Origin: Lama glama
Taxonomy: Eukaryota
Length of the DNA stretch: 64,000 nt
NCBI GenBank assembly: GCA_028534125.1
Contig: CM052818.1
Span: 1,428,001 to 1,492,000 of the forward strand
Direction of reading: 5' to 3'
The translations under genes were made by a program, and so were the position numbers. Within the stretch, counting starts at the first letter, position 1. Each line of letters opens with the position of its first letter. Below are positions 12,169-25,094 of the stretch, one piece after another. The notes beneath the pieces are model-generated. The model was not told where the DNA came from and did not search any database. It was given only the letters and a program-made list of their open reading frames with translations.

Positions 12169-15100
12169 ATTAATGGAATTTTACAGAGAGTGAGCTAAAC
12201 CATCTCTCTTTTGTGTGTAGACTAATCAAGAATGAATGAGCTCATGATATTGCCATAGGTTATGATTAAAATTCTGTAATAGAGCAACTAATAGGCAAAT
12301 GCATTGATGGAGACATAGTTGTGGTTTAGAAATTGAATCAGAATAGCATTTGTTTACTGCTCCTGAAGGGAATTTCAAGGATACTGTAGATAATTCATCT
12401 TTATCATGCCATTAGAAAGAGCTCCATTTCTATAATTTTTTTCATTACTTAAACAGAATAGAAAAAAGCTAATTATCATAAACTGAGAAAGGAAGGTGTT
12501 TTCTGAATACCAGTCTGCAAATATCACTGGAAGTATGTGCACTAAGTGTGTATTGTTAACTATATTCAAGATAATTAAATTATTACAGTCTTTATTTTAT
12601 TCAGCTTTTTGATAAGTCAAAGTTTTTAAGAATTAGCTTAGCCCTGTCTATCTGCAGATGGAGTTTTCATAGCCAATCCTTTGCTGTTACTCTAAAAAAT
12701 GTCTACTAAAAGGAGAGAGTAAGATAGTATAGTAAAGGAGACTATTATACCAGTTTATGCTGTGAGTCCTCATTTTGAATTTTGTCCAGACTGATTAACG
12801 TGGGATAGACCTTGTGTTTTCATATTGCCCTTTTGTAAGCTAAGGCTTTTAAGAGTTTAACATTACAAATACCTTAGGTTCATTGGCATATGCAGAACAA
12901 ATGTGAATCAAACACAAGAATGATTCTTTCAAGAATTTTATTTATTGATGTGGTAGCGAAATATTACACTGTTTACAGTAGAGAACGAAGTGGAGTTTTG
13001 GGTACGCTGAGAAGTTGACAGCTTGTGGGTCTTGAACAAAATACTGTCTTTTGTAGGATAAAAGAAGAAAAGATTATGTTCTTGAAATAATTATTTATGA
13101 ATTATTTGAAATCTTGTTCTACTTCCAACCAGAAGGCTTTTGCCAGCATTGTGGTCACTGCGATAGTGAAATCTTGGATGCAAAAAAACCCCAAAAAACA
13201 AAAAATCCCCAAACAAACCCCACAGAGATCTGTTTGCCTTTGAATAACAAGATAAAGAACCCTTAAGTAGGCTTGGGGACATAAAATACAGTTGTGCACA
13301 CAGTTCTTTCACTTCCTTTCTTATGGTTTGGAATATTTAGGAATTGGGATTAAAAATTGTAGGAATTCAGTGAAGAGTGAATGGGTGGCTGGAAAGGATT
13401 TTGCTTGTATGATGAGTAAGAGGTTAGTAGTTGCTTGGTTGAGGGACAGAGATCCCATGGAGCGATCTGATTCTGTGTGACTTTATCTTCTTCAGATGGG
13501 AGGGTAGTATCTCATTTTCGATTGTTTTTTGGAACTTAGGCTGTTGTCAGAAGACAGCAATATTTTCATATTGTGAATATTCCAGTTTGTTTTATTTATT
13601 GTATATTTCTGCCTACTTTGAAAAACAATTTGAGGTGCATCTGGGAATAGACATGGGCCTACAAACATTGGGGTTAAATGAACAGTAATATAGTAATGAA
13701 AATGGTGGTGTATAGCAGGCATAACTAAAAAGAAGAGGAAATAATTATATGAGGAAACTGATCTACAGAAAGTTATATTTCTGTATGTAACCATTCTCTG
13801 AATTTTCTATCAGCCAAGGTTAGAAAAGACAACATGGACTGCATAATTTTCATCCTTATCTGATAAAAAGTGCAACTTTTTCCCCTGGAAGTTTCTAAGA
13901 GAATGCAGGGTTTTTTTTTGTTTTTTAACTAGAGATTTCTCTTAATCGTTGGGGGGGGGGTGTACAATAACTATGGTTAAAAATAATAAAAGTATATTTG
14001 TGAAAAAATAAAAATCACTATCTCAATAAAAATATATAATTTATTAGAAACTGGTTTTTAAAATTTCTTTATCTATCTCTTTCTCTCTTTCTTGCCAAGC
14101 AGAATTGTAACCATCAAATGGCCAGTCACAGAGTGAAAGCTCTTTCTTGGCTCTAGCACCACAGTGTCAGGACTATGAGGGCTGGGGAATTTTAGGTGAT
14201 GAAGGAAAGCCAGTGAGAGAGAGGGAACATTGCAACTGAGCTGAGTCTTTATTCCTCCCTGGATCCATTATCATATTTGAAGAAAAGAGAGGTCAGCCAT
14301 GAAACTAACAAAAATTACAAATTATTTTAACAGACAGAAACATTTGGTGCACTTGGCCAATAAGAAATTTTCTTTTTATGTTTCTCCTATATGGTTGGAC
14401 TTTTATTGGCTTAAAATTTTTAAGTTGATTTTGTGCTTTCTTAAAAAAAAATAAGTAGTGTTGCTTTTGTTGTGATATGTAATTGTCTTTGATTTCATCC
14501 ATCTCCTGCTCCTCCCTCCAGTTATCTCAGAGTACATTGATCCTTTAAAGGTCAAGAGCATGTCTATATTGGTTCCTTGAAGGTATTTTTTTGTGACTTT
14601 CAGTATAGTTTTATAGAGAAAGTTAAAACTAAAGAACTGGGCTGGATAGTTAATCTGCTTTTTGGCTGTTTTGCAATACCTATTGCCTTATTTTAATTAT
14701 ACATTTTTTTTCAAATTATGAAAGTAATACTTGTTTCGTGCATGCCATCTGGGAAATACATAAAATAAAAATTGCGTATAATTAATACTTAGAGTTGACC
14801 ACTGATAATATTCGTGTGAATGTTCTTATGATTCTTTTTATGTCCAGCTTTTGAAATCTAGTACTATTTTGTGAACACTTTTTAATGTAAGAAAACACTT
14901 CAGTAATAATAATAGCTAATATTTATTGAGTGCTTTACTTTTATCTTAAATAAAATTCTTATGGTAGGCTTTCAAGACTAATGTAATAACTTTAGTCGAC
15001 AAATTATCAGACCCCAGGCTTTCTGTAGCTTGCTGCTCTGTTACCCGTTAATGCAAACTCAGGTTGAAGATCTGAGTTCCATTTGACTTAGCTGTATTCC

Positions 15101-15250
15101 AGCCAGGAGGAGAATTGTTCAAAAGAGTTAAAAAAAAAAAAAAAGAAAAGACCTAATATCAAACAGCATAGTAATATGGCTAAGCAGTTAATAAAATAGA
15201 TATTGATATATTGTTAATTAAAAAAAGGTTATAAATTAATATGTGTATAT

Positions 15251-15438
15251 ACTGGTGTCCCTCCATATCCATGGGTTCTGCATCTGCGGATACAACCAAC
15301 TACATACTGAAAATATTTGGGAAGAAAATTTAGAACGTTTCAAAAAACAAAACTTGAATTTGCCACACTCCAGCAACTATTTGTATAGCATTTGCATTGT
15401 ATTAGGTATTATAAGTAATTTAGCAATGATTTAAAGTA
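15251..15438. mobile_element. MER2/MER2B-like TcMar-Tigger MITE (one arm only)
   Basis: 'ccctccatatccatgggttctgcatctgcggatacaaccaac' and 'cattgtattaggtattataagtaatttagcaatgatttaaagta' match MER2-family sequence. It stops at the TA where Tigger1 begins. Confidence 0.8.
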
Positions 15439-17028
15439 CAGGCATTCCTCAGGGATTTGGTTCCAGACTACCACAATAAAGGGAATATTGCAATAAAGCA
15501 AGCCACACAATTTTTTTGCTTTCCCAGTGCATATAAAAGTTATGTTTACACTATGTTGTATTCTAGTAAGTGTGCAAATAGCATTATGTCTAAATATACA
15601 TACTTTGATTAAATACTTCATTGCTAAAAAGTGCTAACCATCACCTGAGCCTTCAGCGAGCTGTCATCTTTTGGTGGTGGAGAGTCTTGCCTCGATGTTA
15701 ATGGCTACTGACTGGTCAAGATGATGGTTTCTGAAGGTTGGGGTGGTTGGGGCAACTTCTTAAAATAAGGCAGTAAAGAAATTTGCCACAAAAATTGACC
15801 CTTCCTTTCACAAGTGATTTGTCTGTAGCATGCACTGCTGTTTGATAGCATTTTACCCATAGGAGAGCTTCTTTCAAAACTGGAGTCATTTCTCCCAAAC
15901 ATTGACACTGCTTTACCAGCTAACTCTACATTATATTCTAAATCCTTTGTTGTCATTTCAGCAATCTTCACAGCATCTTCACCAGGAGTAGATTCCATCT
16001 GAAGAAACCACTTCCTTTGCTTATGTGTAAGAAGCAAATCTTCATCCATTATACGTTTATCGTGAGATTACAGCAATTCAGTCACATCCTCAGGCTTCAC
16101 TTCTCATTCTAGTTCTCTTGCTATTTCCACCACATCTGCAATTACTTTCTCCACTGAATTCTTGAACCCCACAAAGTCATCCATGAGGGTTGGAATCAAC
16201 TGCTTCCAAACTCTGATGTTGATATTTTGACCTCTTCCCATGAATCAGGAATGTTCTTAGTAACATCTAGAATGGTGAACCCTTTCTAGAAAGTTTTCAG
16301 TTTATGTTGTCCAGATTCATCTAAGGAATCACTATCTATGGCAGCTATAGCCTTATGCAATGTATTTCTTAAATAATAAGACTTGAAAATTGAAATTGCT
16401 CCTTGATCAATAGGAGTGTAGAGTGGATGTTGAGTTAGCAGGCGTGAAAATAACATGTCCATCTCCATCAGAGCTCTCCAGTGACCAGGTGCATTGTCAA
16501 TGAGCATAATGTTTTGAAAGGAATTTTTTATTCTGAACAATAGATCTCAACAGTGGGCTAAAAAATTCAGTAAACCATGTTGTAAACAAAGGTGCTGTTA
16601 TCCAGGCTTTATGGTTCCATTTTGGGGCACAGGCAGAGCCAATTTATTTATTTGTATTTTATTGTATTATTTAATTTTATTTTAGCAGGGGGATGGGTAA
16701 TTAGGTTTATTTATTTTTAGAGGAGGTACTGGGGTTTGAATCCAGGACCTCGTGTGCATGCTAAGCATGTGCTCTACCACTTGAGCTATACCCTCCCCCA
16801 GCAGAGCCAATTTAATTCTAAAGGGCCCTAGGGTTTTCAGAATGGTAAATGAGCATTGGCTACAACTTAAAATCACCAGCTGCATTAGCCAACAAGAGAG
16901 CCAGCCTGTTCTTTGAAGCAAGGCATTGACTTCTCCTCTAGAGCTATGAAAGTCCTTGATGGCATATTCTTCATATATAAGGCTGTTTTCTTCAGCAATG
17001 AAAATCTGTTATTTAGTGTAGCCACCTT
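15439..17028 (-). mobile_element. Tigger1 DNA transposon, 3' part with decayed transposase
   Basis: TIR 'caggcattcctc' follows TA. ORFs 16286-16540 (LIDNAPGH...PIDQGAISIFKSYYLRNT) and 15705-16049 (QRKWFLQMESTPGEDAV...MLSNS) are pogo/Tigger1 DDE transposase fragments with frameshifts and stops. The 5' part is missing. Confidence 0.95.
16647..16800 (-). mobile_element. vic-1-like SINE inserted in Tigger1
   Basis: Reverse complement of the tRNA head ('ctaccacttgagctataccctcccc'). 14-bp TSD gcagagccaattta at 16633-16646 and 16801-16814. Confidence 0.93.
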
Positions 17029-17039
17029 ATTGTTTTGAT

Positions 17040-18260
17040 TTGTAACTTTGCACTATTTTATTTCTTCTTTTGGGAGTTGCCTTTTCTTGTCCCTTGCGTT
17101 TATTTGTAGGAGTTTTAGTTGTATGTAATTCTGTTTGATGAGCTGTTCATTTGTTTACTGTTATGAAGCCTTTCTCTATTCTATGGTTAAATAGTTATTC
17201 TCCTTTATTTTCTTATGGTATGTTTGTTTCAGTATGAGATAGAGACCTGACATTGTATATTTTCACTAAAGGTTATTCTTCACTTATCCCATTTATTATG
17301 TAATTAATCTTTTCCTCACTGATTTGAAATACTACCTTAGGAATTTTAGTCTGGTTTTGGGCTTTCTATTCTATTTAATTTTTTCTTCTAGCTATTGCAC
17401 ATGATTTTAATTATTATTGCTTTTGGTATACTCTAACATCTGATATTTTAGCTTCCCTCTCATTATTCTTCAGTTCAAAATGATTTTGAGCATTTTCATC
17501 TATTTGTTTCTTCATTTCCAACATTGTTTTTGAAAACACTGTCATGTTTCATTAAGAATTTTGTTAAGATTTTGAAAAGAATTACCTTATATTTCTTATT
17601 TAATTTGTGGATGAATAGTCATTTTGCAATAGAGGCATCACATGCAGGAATGTGGTATGTACCTTCATTTATTCTGGTCTTTTTTATGTCTATTAAGTTT
17701 TGTAGACCAAGATATTATCAGAAATTATGTAAGTTTAAATTGAGAGCCTTTGCAAAATACCTCATCTTAAGGATGGTTAACTAGTTCAATATTACTGAAT
17801 TTAAAAAGCACTTTCTATATAAAAATGAAATTTATAATTTTGGTCATCATGCTTTCAACAGTTTTTTGGACTCTTGTCCAAGAATCATATTTTGATTCTT
17901 TTTTGTTTGACTGGAGTGCCTCTTTGAATACTTTTTCAGTAAGTTTACATGGAATAGAATTTACATGGATGAAAATCTTTTGGAACTATTACATATATAT
18001 CTGAACAATATTTTATCCCTTTTTCCCTGTCTCACAAATAACAACTTTCTTGGATACAGAACTCTTGTGTCACATGTTTTTCCCCCCTCAGAGTGTGTTT
18101 CTTTTCCTCATTGTCTTGCATGTATGGTGGAAGTCTTATGTTTGCTGGATTTTTTTTTCCTTTTAGCTTGTCTTTAAAAAAATATAAATTTAAAGAACTA
18201 AGAAAAAAATAAACCTTGATAGTTTTGAACAAGTTAGCATACAGTGTAATATGTGTTTGT
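17040..18260 (-). mobile_element. Highly diverged old L1 fragments (L1ME-like)
   Basis: T-rich antisense ORF2-like phrases ('tttcctcactgatttgaaatactacctt', 'gattttaattattattgctttt'). Confidence 0.6.
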
Positions 18261-19639
18261 AAGTTTTTTTTTATTGACTTTCATATTCCTCAGCTATTGA
18301 GGTAAGTGATCATAGTTACAATTATTTCTGCATAAACCTCACTGTTCCTAGTAGTGCTTTGTGTAGAGTACTTACTAAAATCTACTTATTTAATTGCTTG
18401 AATCATTGGTCCAGTAATTCTGGACACTGAGTATGTGTCCCATGTCAGTAAGAAAACCAGATTGATTCTCCTAAGGAAAATTATTAGAGAAGTACAGTTA
18501 ATTTGTGAATGACTTGTAGAGGTAGGATTGAGATTTAGACTTGACTCTACGTGGGCTACCAATTTTTAAAAGATAAATATATTTGTAAGTAAAAAAATGA
18601 ATTCTTTATTACTACTTATATATGGTGTTACTTATTTTCAATCCATATTTCTGTCTCTTTCTTGGAAAGTAGTTAAAGTAGAGTAAAACCCAAGAAAACA
18701 AGTTTGGCCTGTTTTCTCCTTAATTAACCTATAAAATCGTACAGCCTACGAACTTTCTGAGAGATTTTTGTGGCTGGAGCATTTGTGGCTATCTTGATGT
18801 GTGGGTGATAACAGCTGTTGGGAATTATATTTGGGGGCTTTGAATGTAAAATAATCCTGGCGTAAAGTTGTGTGGTCAAGAAAGGCAAAAAAAGGAAGAA
18901 AGAAAGAGAAAGAAAGAGAAATTGCTTTTTGTGTTCAGCATGTAAACATTTCATGTATTGAGAAAGGATGAAAAGTCACTTAGTTGTTTAATTTATATCT
19001 CAGGAGGAGTTAAAAATAATAAGAAATAATTGCAAAGTTTCACTTGGTTAATCAGAAATAGAATAGGAAGACTTCTTTTTCTATAGAAACTGTTACTCTG
19101 TGTTATTGGCTAGAAAAGCAACATCATTTTGGTGAGTGATCATTGTTGTTGAAGTCATTGTTGAAATCACTATGACAGATTTTTGACATGGTTTGAACTG
19201 TAGCAATAAAATCTGCTAGAAAGTTAGGATTTATTTGTCTTTTTAGCACAAAAGCTAACCACATTTTCCTATTCATAAAGTAGTTATCACATTTAATTTT
19301 CCTTAGTTTTCTAACTTTTAATATTTTACAGAAAAAGGGGGTAGTAAGGATTTGATAATGGTTCTGTGGTTGTTGGGTAATTTTTTTTTACTTACTTGAA
19401 TAAATGTAAATATGATATCACATTGAAGATGCTGGCAGGCCCATGTTTTGGAAAATAGGATTTGGATTTAGTATAAAGTCAGAGCAAACTAGAAGGACAC
19501 AGGTTTAAACTTAATAAGAATGGAGAGAAAGGGATGTGTTTAGGCTAGGTATAAGCTCTATGGGAGATACAAATTCAATGGTTTGTTGAAAGTTGCTTTC
19601 ATTATAACGAAGTAGAGTTTGTTATGGAATAGAAATCCT

Positions 19640-21420
19640 TAGTATTATGACATAAGACAATATACTCTTTATCAGTATTCAACATTTAATAGAAATTCAG
19701 TCTGCAGTAAAAGAAGAATATGAAATGAGTTGTGTAAAAAAATTAAGGAGGAACAGAATTATTTTAACTTGCAATATAATGCTATTTATTGGACAGGCCC
19801 AAGAAAATCAACTAGAAAATAATTTGAACTAGTAAGAGAGATTAGTGATTCGCTGTAAATATATAAAACTCAATCTATTACCATATGAAAGAAACAACAG
19901 AAAAATAAAATGAGAAAAAATCCCATTTACAGGAGTACAGACAACAACTACTCATACTCAAAACATATTTCTTCCTTGGAAAAAATAATGTACAGTTAAA
20001 CAATTAATTTAAACTAACAAGGAAGATGCAGAATCTATGTGAAGATTAGAACTAAATATTATTAAGGGACATAAAGTAAGACTTTAAAAAATGAGGAGAC
20101 CATAGTATTGGATGGGAAATCATAAATTTAACGTAGATATAATGAAGATCACAGTGAGATGAAATTCTTTTACGTAAAATGAAAAAGTGATTCCACAATT
20201 CACTTGGTGGAGTAACTACAATCATGTTATCATGAATAATGATATGTGGCTTTTGGTGCCAACATATAAAAATATTTAATGCTATACCATACAATAATGA
20301 GACAGAACAATAGACTAAAACAGAAAGTACATAAGCAAACCCTAGGACATATCAGAAGTTGATATATGATAGACAGCATTTTAAATTACTAGTAAGAAGA
20401 CTAAAGAGTTCACTGTGACCCACAAACACAACAGGTGGATTAAAGAAGTAAATATAAAGTCTGTTAAAGTACTAGAATAGATGATTATTAATCTTGGGGT
20501 CAGGAGGGACTTCTAAACTTGATACCAGAGGAAGTATAACAATATTTGGGAAAAAACTGGTAAGTTTCATTATAAAATTAAAAACCAGTGTCTTACTTAT
20601 TAAAATCAAAAGTGAAAAGCAAATCATAGACTAGGAGAGAATATTTCATATCTGATAAAAGACTTTGGAAAACAGTATGGAGATTCATCAAAAAACTAAA
20701 AATAGATTTCCCAATGATCCAGCAGTCCCACTCCTGGGCATACACCCAGAGGGATCCTTAATTCAAAAAGACACATGCACCCCAGTGTTCATAGCAACAC
20801 TATTTACAATAGCCAAGACATGGAAACAACCTAAATGTCCATCAACAGATGACTGGATAAAGCAGTTGTGGTATATTTATACAATGGAATACTACTCAGC
20901 CATAAAAAAGAATAAAATAATGGATGTCCCTGGAGAATGTCATTCTAAGTGAAGTAAGCCAGAAAGAGAAAGCAAAATACCATATTTTATCACTCATATG
21001 TGGAATATATATAAAAAAAAGACAAATGAACTTGTATATAAAACAGAAATAGACTCACATATAGAAAACTAATGTACAGTTACCGGGGGGGAAGGAGGTG
21101 GGAAAGGATAAATTGAGAGTTCTAGATTTGCAGATAATGACTGGCATATTTAAAATAGATAAACACGTTTATACTGTATAGCACAGGGAATTATACTTGA
21201 TATCTTGTAGTAGCTTACAGTGAAAAAGAATGTGAAAACAAATATATGTTTATTCATGTATGACTGAAGCATTGTGCTGTACACCAGAAATTGACACAAC
21301 ATTGTAAACTGGCTATAATTCAATTTAAAAAAAAAGTTTAAGAAAAAAGACTTGTATCCAGAATATGCAAAGGACTATTAACACTCAATAGTAAAATAGA
21401 TAGCTCAATTAAAAAGTTTT
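19640..21420 (+). mobile_element. Old L1 ORF2 fragment (L1ME-like), interrupted by a younger L1
   Basis: A-rich sense ORF2 remnants ('cccaagaaaatcaactagaaaa', 'atcccatttaca'). 'catatctgataaaagactt' continues as 'gtatccagaatat' on the far side of the insertion. Confidence 0.75.
20666..21344 (+). mobile_element. Young 5'-truncated L1 (ORF2 C-terminus and 3' UTR)
   Basis: ORF 20665-20952 (DPAVPLLGIHP...CTPVFIATLFTIAKTWKQPKCPSTDDWIK.LWYIYTMEYYSAIKKN) is the L1 ORF2 C-terminus. A tail and TSD aaaagactt at 20657-20665 and 21345-21353. Confidence 0.95.
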
Positions 21421-21539
21421 CTTTTTGTTAATGTGTGTTTTTAAAGCTTTTCATAATGAAGAGATTTTTAAATGAAGGAATAAGTTGAAAACAATTTAAA
21501 AAAGAAAAAGATAAGGTAGAAGACGACTCATTTTCAGTT

Positions 21540-22350
21540 TTAGCATGCGAACTAAAAATCTGAAGCTATACGTGAGTTCTTTCTCTTCTATCATCTCCCA
21601 CATGCAATCAGTTATAAAGATGTAAACATTTTACTTTCTAAATGTTTCTTTAATCTTTCCTTAGTTTGCCATTCCTTCTGCCACTAAACAGTTTTTCAGT
21701 TTAGTCTGTTATAAACTCGTTGTTGGGGTTATACAACAATCGGGAATAGATTTATAGTCTGGTTTCCTTACTTCCAGTCTTATTCACTTCCAGTCCATTC
21801 TTCATACAGCAACCAGAATAATCTTTGTAAAATTCAAATTTGAAGCATTAAACATTTAACGTGTCCTTAGCTGTCAGAATAAAATCCAGACTCTTACCTT
21901 TGTTGTTTTCCTTTCATAACTTTCCACTTCTACTTTTCAGACATTCTGAACTCCTTTCATTTTATATCATGTGACATGTAGTTTAGTTTCACCATTCAGG
22001 TCTAAACACTTTTTTTTTTCTTTCCCACTGTTTCTGGGGCTTATCCTCCTACTTCACTCCTGACCTAATTCCTAATGGCTTCAACATAAATTTTGTTTAC
22101 TGTGGGGAGCTTTTTCTAAGTACTTCTTCCCCATAGTACTTCCTAATTGTACGTTAAGCACCCTTTCTGTGTACTTCCATGGCATTCTTTACTTCTCCTA
22201 TCATAAGACGTTCTGCACTGCATTTTAGTTACCTCTTGTCTGTATTATCCATTTGACTATAAACCCTCAGAGGATAAGGATCAGTGCTTGGTATAGAGTG
22301 GGAGTTTCAGAAATAATTGTTGATAACTGAGTGAGTGAATGAATGGATGA
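21540..22350 (+). mobile_element. L2 3' portion
   Basis: 'ccagtccattcttcatacagcaaccagaataatcttt', 'aataaaatccagactc', and terminal 'gttgataactgagtgagtgaatgaat'. Confidence 0.8.
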
Positions 22351-22489
22351 AAAATGAGACATGAAGGCGAGGTGCACTGATGTATGGCTGTAAGTGTAAC
22401 TCATGGAACCGGCTCTGGTTAGACTGGAATTTTCTTTACATACTTGTTACCAAAAGTGAAACTTGGAAAGGATTTGGAAGTGAATTACC

Positions 22490-22770
22490 TGGTGATTAAA
22501 GAGCTAGAAAGGAGAACCACTGAGGCAAAGTTAAAGAAATTGAGAAAATTATGAGTAAGCCTTAAAGTTAGCAGGGTGATCTAATAGCTGTAATTAAGTA
22601 TTTGCATGCACAGTTAATTTTCTAAGAATATTGATCAGTTATTCTTCACCATTTCATGGGGAAACATAATTGGGTTGATTCTGTAGCAGAATTTAAATTC
22701 AGTATATGGGGGAAAATAAAACGACTGCCAGTAAATCCTGGATAAAGGTCATTTTTGATATGCCTTTTTT
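22490..22770 (+). mobile_element. L3/CR1 fragment
   Basis: 'gaggcaaagttaaagaaattg...cagggtgatctaatagctgtaattaagtattt' resembles the CR1 ORF2 3' region. Very diverged. Confidence 0.45.
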
Positions 22771-23839
22771 GTCAGTCAATACGTTGGAGATATTATAGTG
22801 CCTCAGATTCTATGGAGATTTAAAACTAAAATTGCGCCTCCAGAAGTGATGTTCAAAATTGAATATTGTTGATTGTGAATAGTTCTCTGACTAATCTCCC
22901 GGGTAGCCTCACCAATTTCCTCTCAAGATTTAAGAAGTTTTAGTCTTAATCTATGGGGAGAATTCTGTCAAAATCTGAGATGTTAATAATCAATATAGAG
23001 AGAGTTATTTTGGGGGTAACATGAGCCTAGCAATGTTGACTCGAATGAGTGCGTGATGTGTATCCTGTATAATCAACAGGCTGTAAGGTCTAGCTTTCTC
23101 TGCAGCTGCAGGAGACATATTTAATTAATACTGGAACAATTATCTTGACAAGTAAATCAAACTCAATTAAATCTCAATTAGAACATTAACATTTTCTCAA
23201 ATATTGTATGGTTGCCAGATGGTTACACTTTTTTTTTTAACCCCCTACCCCCTTTTTCATCTTTTAAAGATTGGGTTTGCCACAACTTTGTTTATTAGGT
23301 ATAATCACTTAGTTTTGTTTTCTTATTTCTGGGAGGAAATTTGAAATTTAATATATTATATATCAATATCCTTTCACTAGCAATATGTGGTTTTGTTTTA
23401 TAGAAATGTGCAAAAGTAACAAATATTGACTCATTTATAAAATTAAAAAATTCAATTTAGAAATTATAGATCACTTAAAAGGAGATTTTTAGAAGGTATT
23501 TAATTCATATCCCTGCCAGAGGCAGCCCAAGTTACAACTGAATCTATATATCATTGTGTCATACTTATATTTTGTCTTCAAGTAGAATGGAATTATAGTT
23601 TTTTTAGGCTTAATAAGTGTAGGCATTCCAATTACAAACTGTTATGTAATACCCACTAAATAAGAAATTATTGTATGTCCACTAAAGAAGAAATTATTGT
23701 AATATCTTCTACCAACCAATTTGTTATACTTTGAACAATTGTGTCTTCAGAGGTTTTCCTTTCAAGTTTCCTTTCAAAGGGCAACTAAATTTATATCATT
23801 TCAGGCCCAGCTGCTTCACCTCTCTTAGATTTAATTTCT

Positions 23840-24190
23840 TTTTTTTTTTGATTTTTTTCTTCCAGTTTTATTAGATGTAATTGACACAGAGCACTGTATA
23901 AGTTTAAAGTGTACCACATAATGATTTGACTTACATATGTCATGAAGTTATTACCAGAATAAGTTTAGCGAAGATCCATCATCTCATATAGATACAAAAT
24001 AGAAGAAAAAGAGAAAGATACCATTGTGATGAGAAATCTTTGGATTTACTCTCTTAACAACTTTCATATATAACATACAGCAGTGTTAATTACATTAATC
24101 ATGTTGTATATTACATCCCTCATGCTTATTTATCTTATAAGGGAAAGTTTGTACCTTTTGAACCTTCTGGTAATCATACATCTGATCTCC
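23840..24190 (-). mobile_element. L1 3' UTR (L1MA9-like)
   Basis: Poly(T), then 'ccagttttattagatgtaattgaca...tataagtttaaagtgtac' and 'atttactctcttaacaactttca'. Confidence 0.85.
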
Positions 24191-24234
24191 AAGTGTCTGG
24201 GAGATTCATTATTTTCAGAGATCACGCCCCGTGA

Positions 24235-25055
24235 TTTCTTCTTTTAAATTTGTTGACATGTGTTTTATGGCCCAGACTATGGTCTATCTTATGTGTTCTG
24301 TGGATACTTGAAAAGGATGGATATTCTACTGTTTTTCTAAGGGGTATTCTGTTAATGTCAATTAGATCTTGTTGGTTGATGGCATTTTGAGTTCTTCTGT
24401 ATCCTGGCTGATTTCCTGTCTACTTGTTCTATCAGTTATTGAAATCAGAGTGTTGAATCTCTAGCTGTAACTCTGACTTTATTTATTTCTCCTTGCCATC
24501 TATCGTAGGACCTCCATTGACACCATGCAGGGGTTCCTTGTAACTGTCTGGTGGGGATTAAAGCCCTGGCTCCCTGCTCTGCCTTTTCTAACAGTATTTC
24601 TACTGGAGGGAGGAGTTAGAGCACCTTATTATTGTCTGGAGGAGGTGGACGTCTTGGCTCCTCACTGGGCCTTTGATGAGGTGGTGATGGGTGGGGCTGT
24701 AGTTTTTTCTGTGATGTCTGGCTGGAGTAGAGTAGTTACTTTATAAGTTTTCTGTCTTGATAAACTGCTCCTTTCTGGGTCCTTTGACTAGAGACAGGAA
24801 CCTTTTTGGACTTTTTGGTTCGGCTTTCATTGTCTTTTCCTGATGCTGGTTTCCCTAGTACCCAGTATGAGTCAAAATAAAACCCAGAGAACTCACTGCC
24901 GTGCCATTAGTTGGGTTCCAAGGTCCCTACGTGGTCTGCTGCCTTCTTTCCTTCTCTCAGAATCTCTCTGTAATGTCTAGGATTATTAACTGTGTATTTA
25001 GCAGGAAGAGTAGGAAAAAATATACCCATTCTATTTTGCTAGAAGTAGAAGTCTG
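24235..25055 (-). mobile_element. Old L1: ORF2 piece joined to a 5' UTR terminus (L1MC-like)
   Basis: 24240-24500 is antisense ORF2 ('ttttatggcccagactatggtctatctt'). 24520-25055 is similar to 39950-40760. Confidence 0.7.
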
Positions 25056-25094
25056 TTTATTTGTTTGTCTCTCTTACTAATTTTTTTCTAAGAC

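Noticed and set aside
15705..16921. Transposase ORFs as a domesticated TIGD-type gene
   Set aside because: Fragmented by frameshifts and stops, interrupted by a SINE, and missing the N-terminal DNA-binding region.
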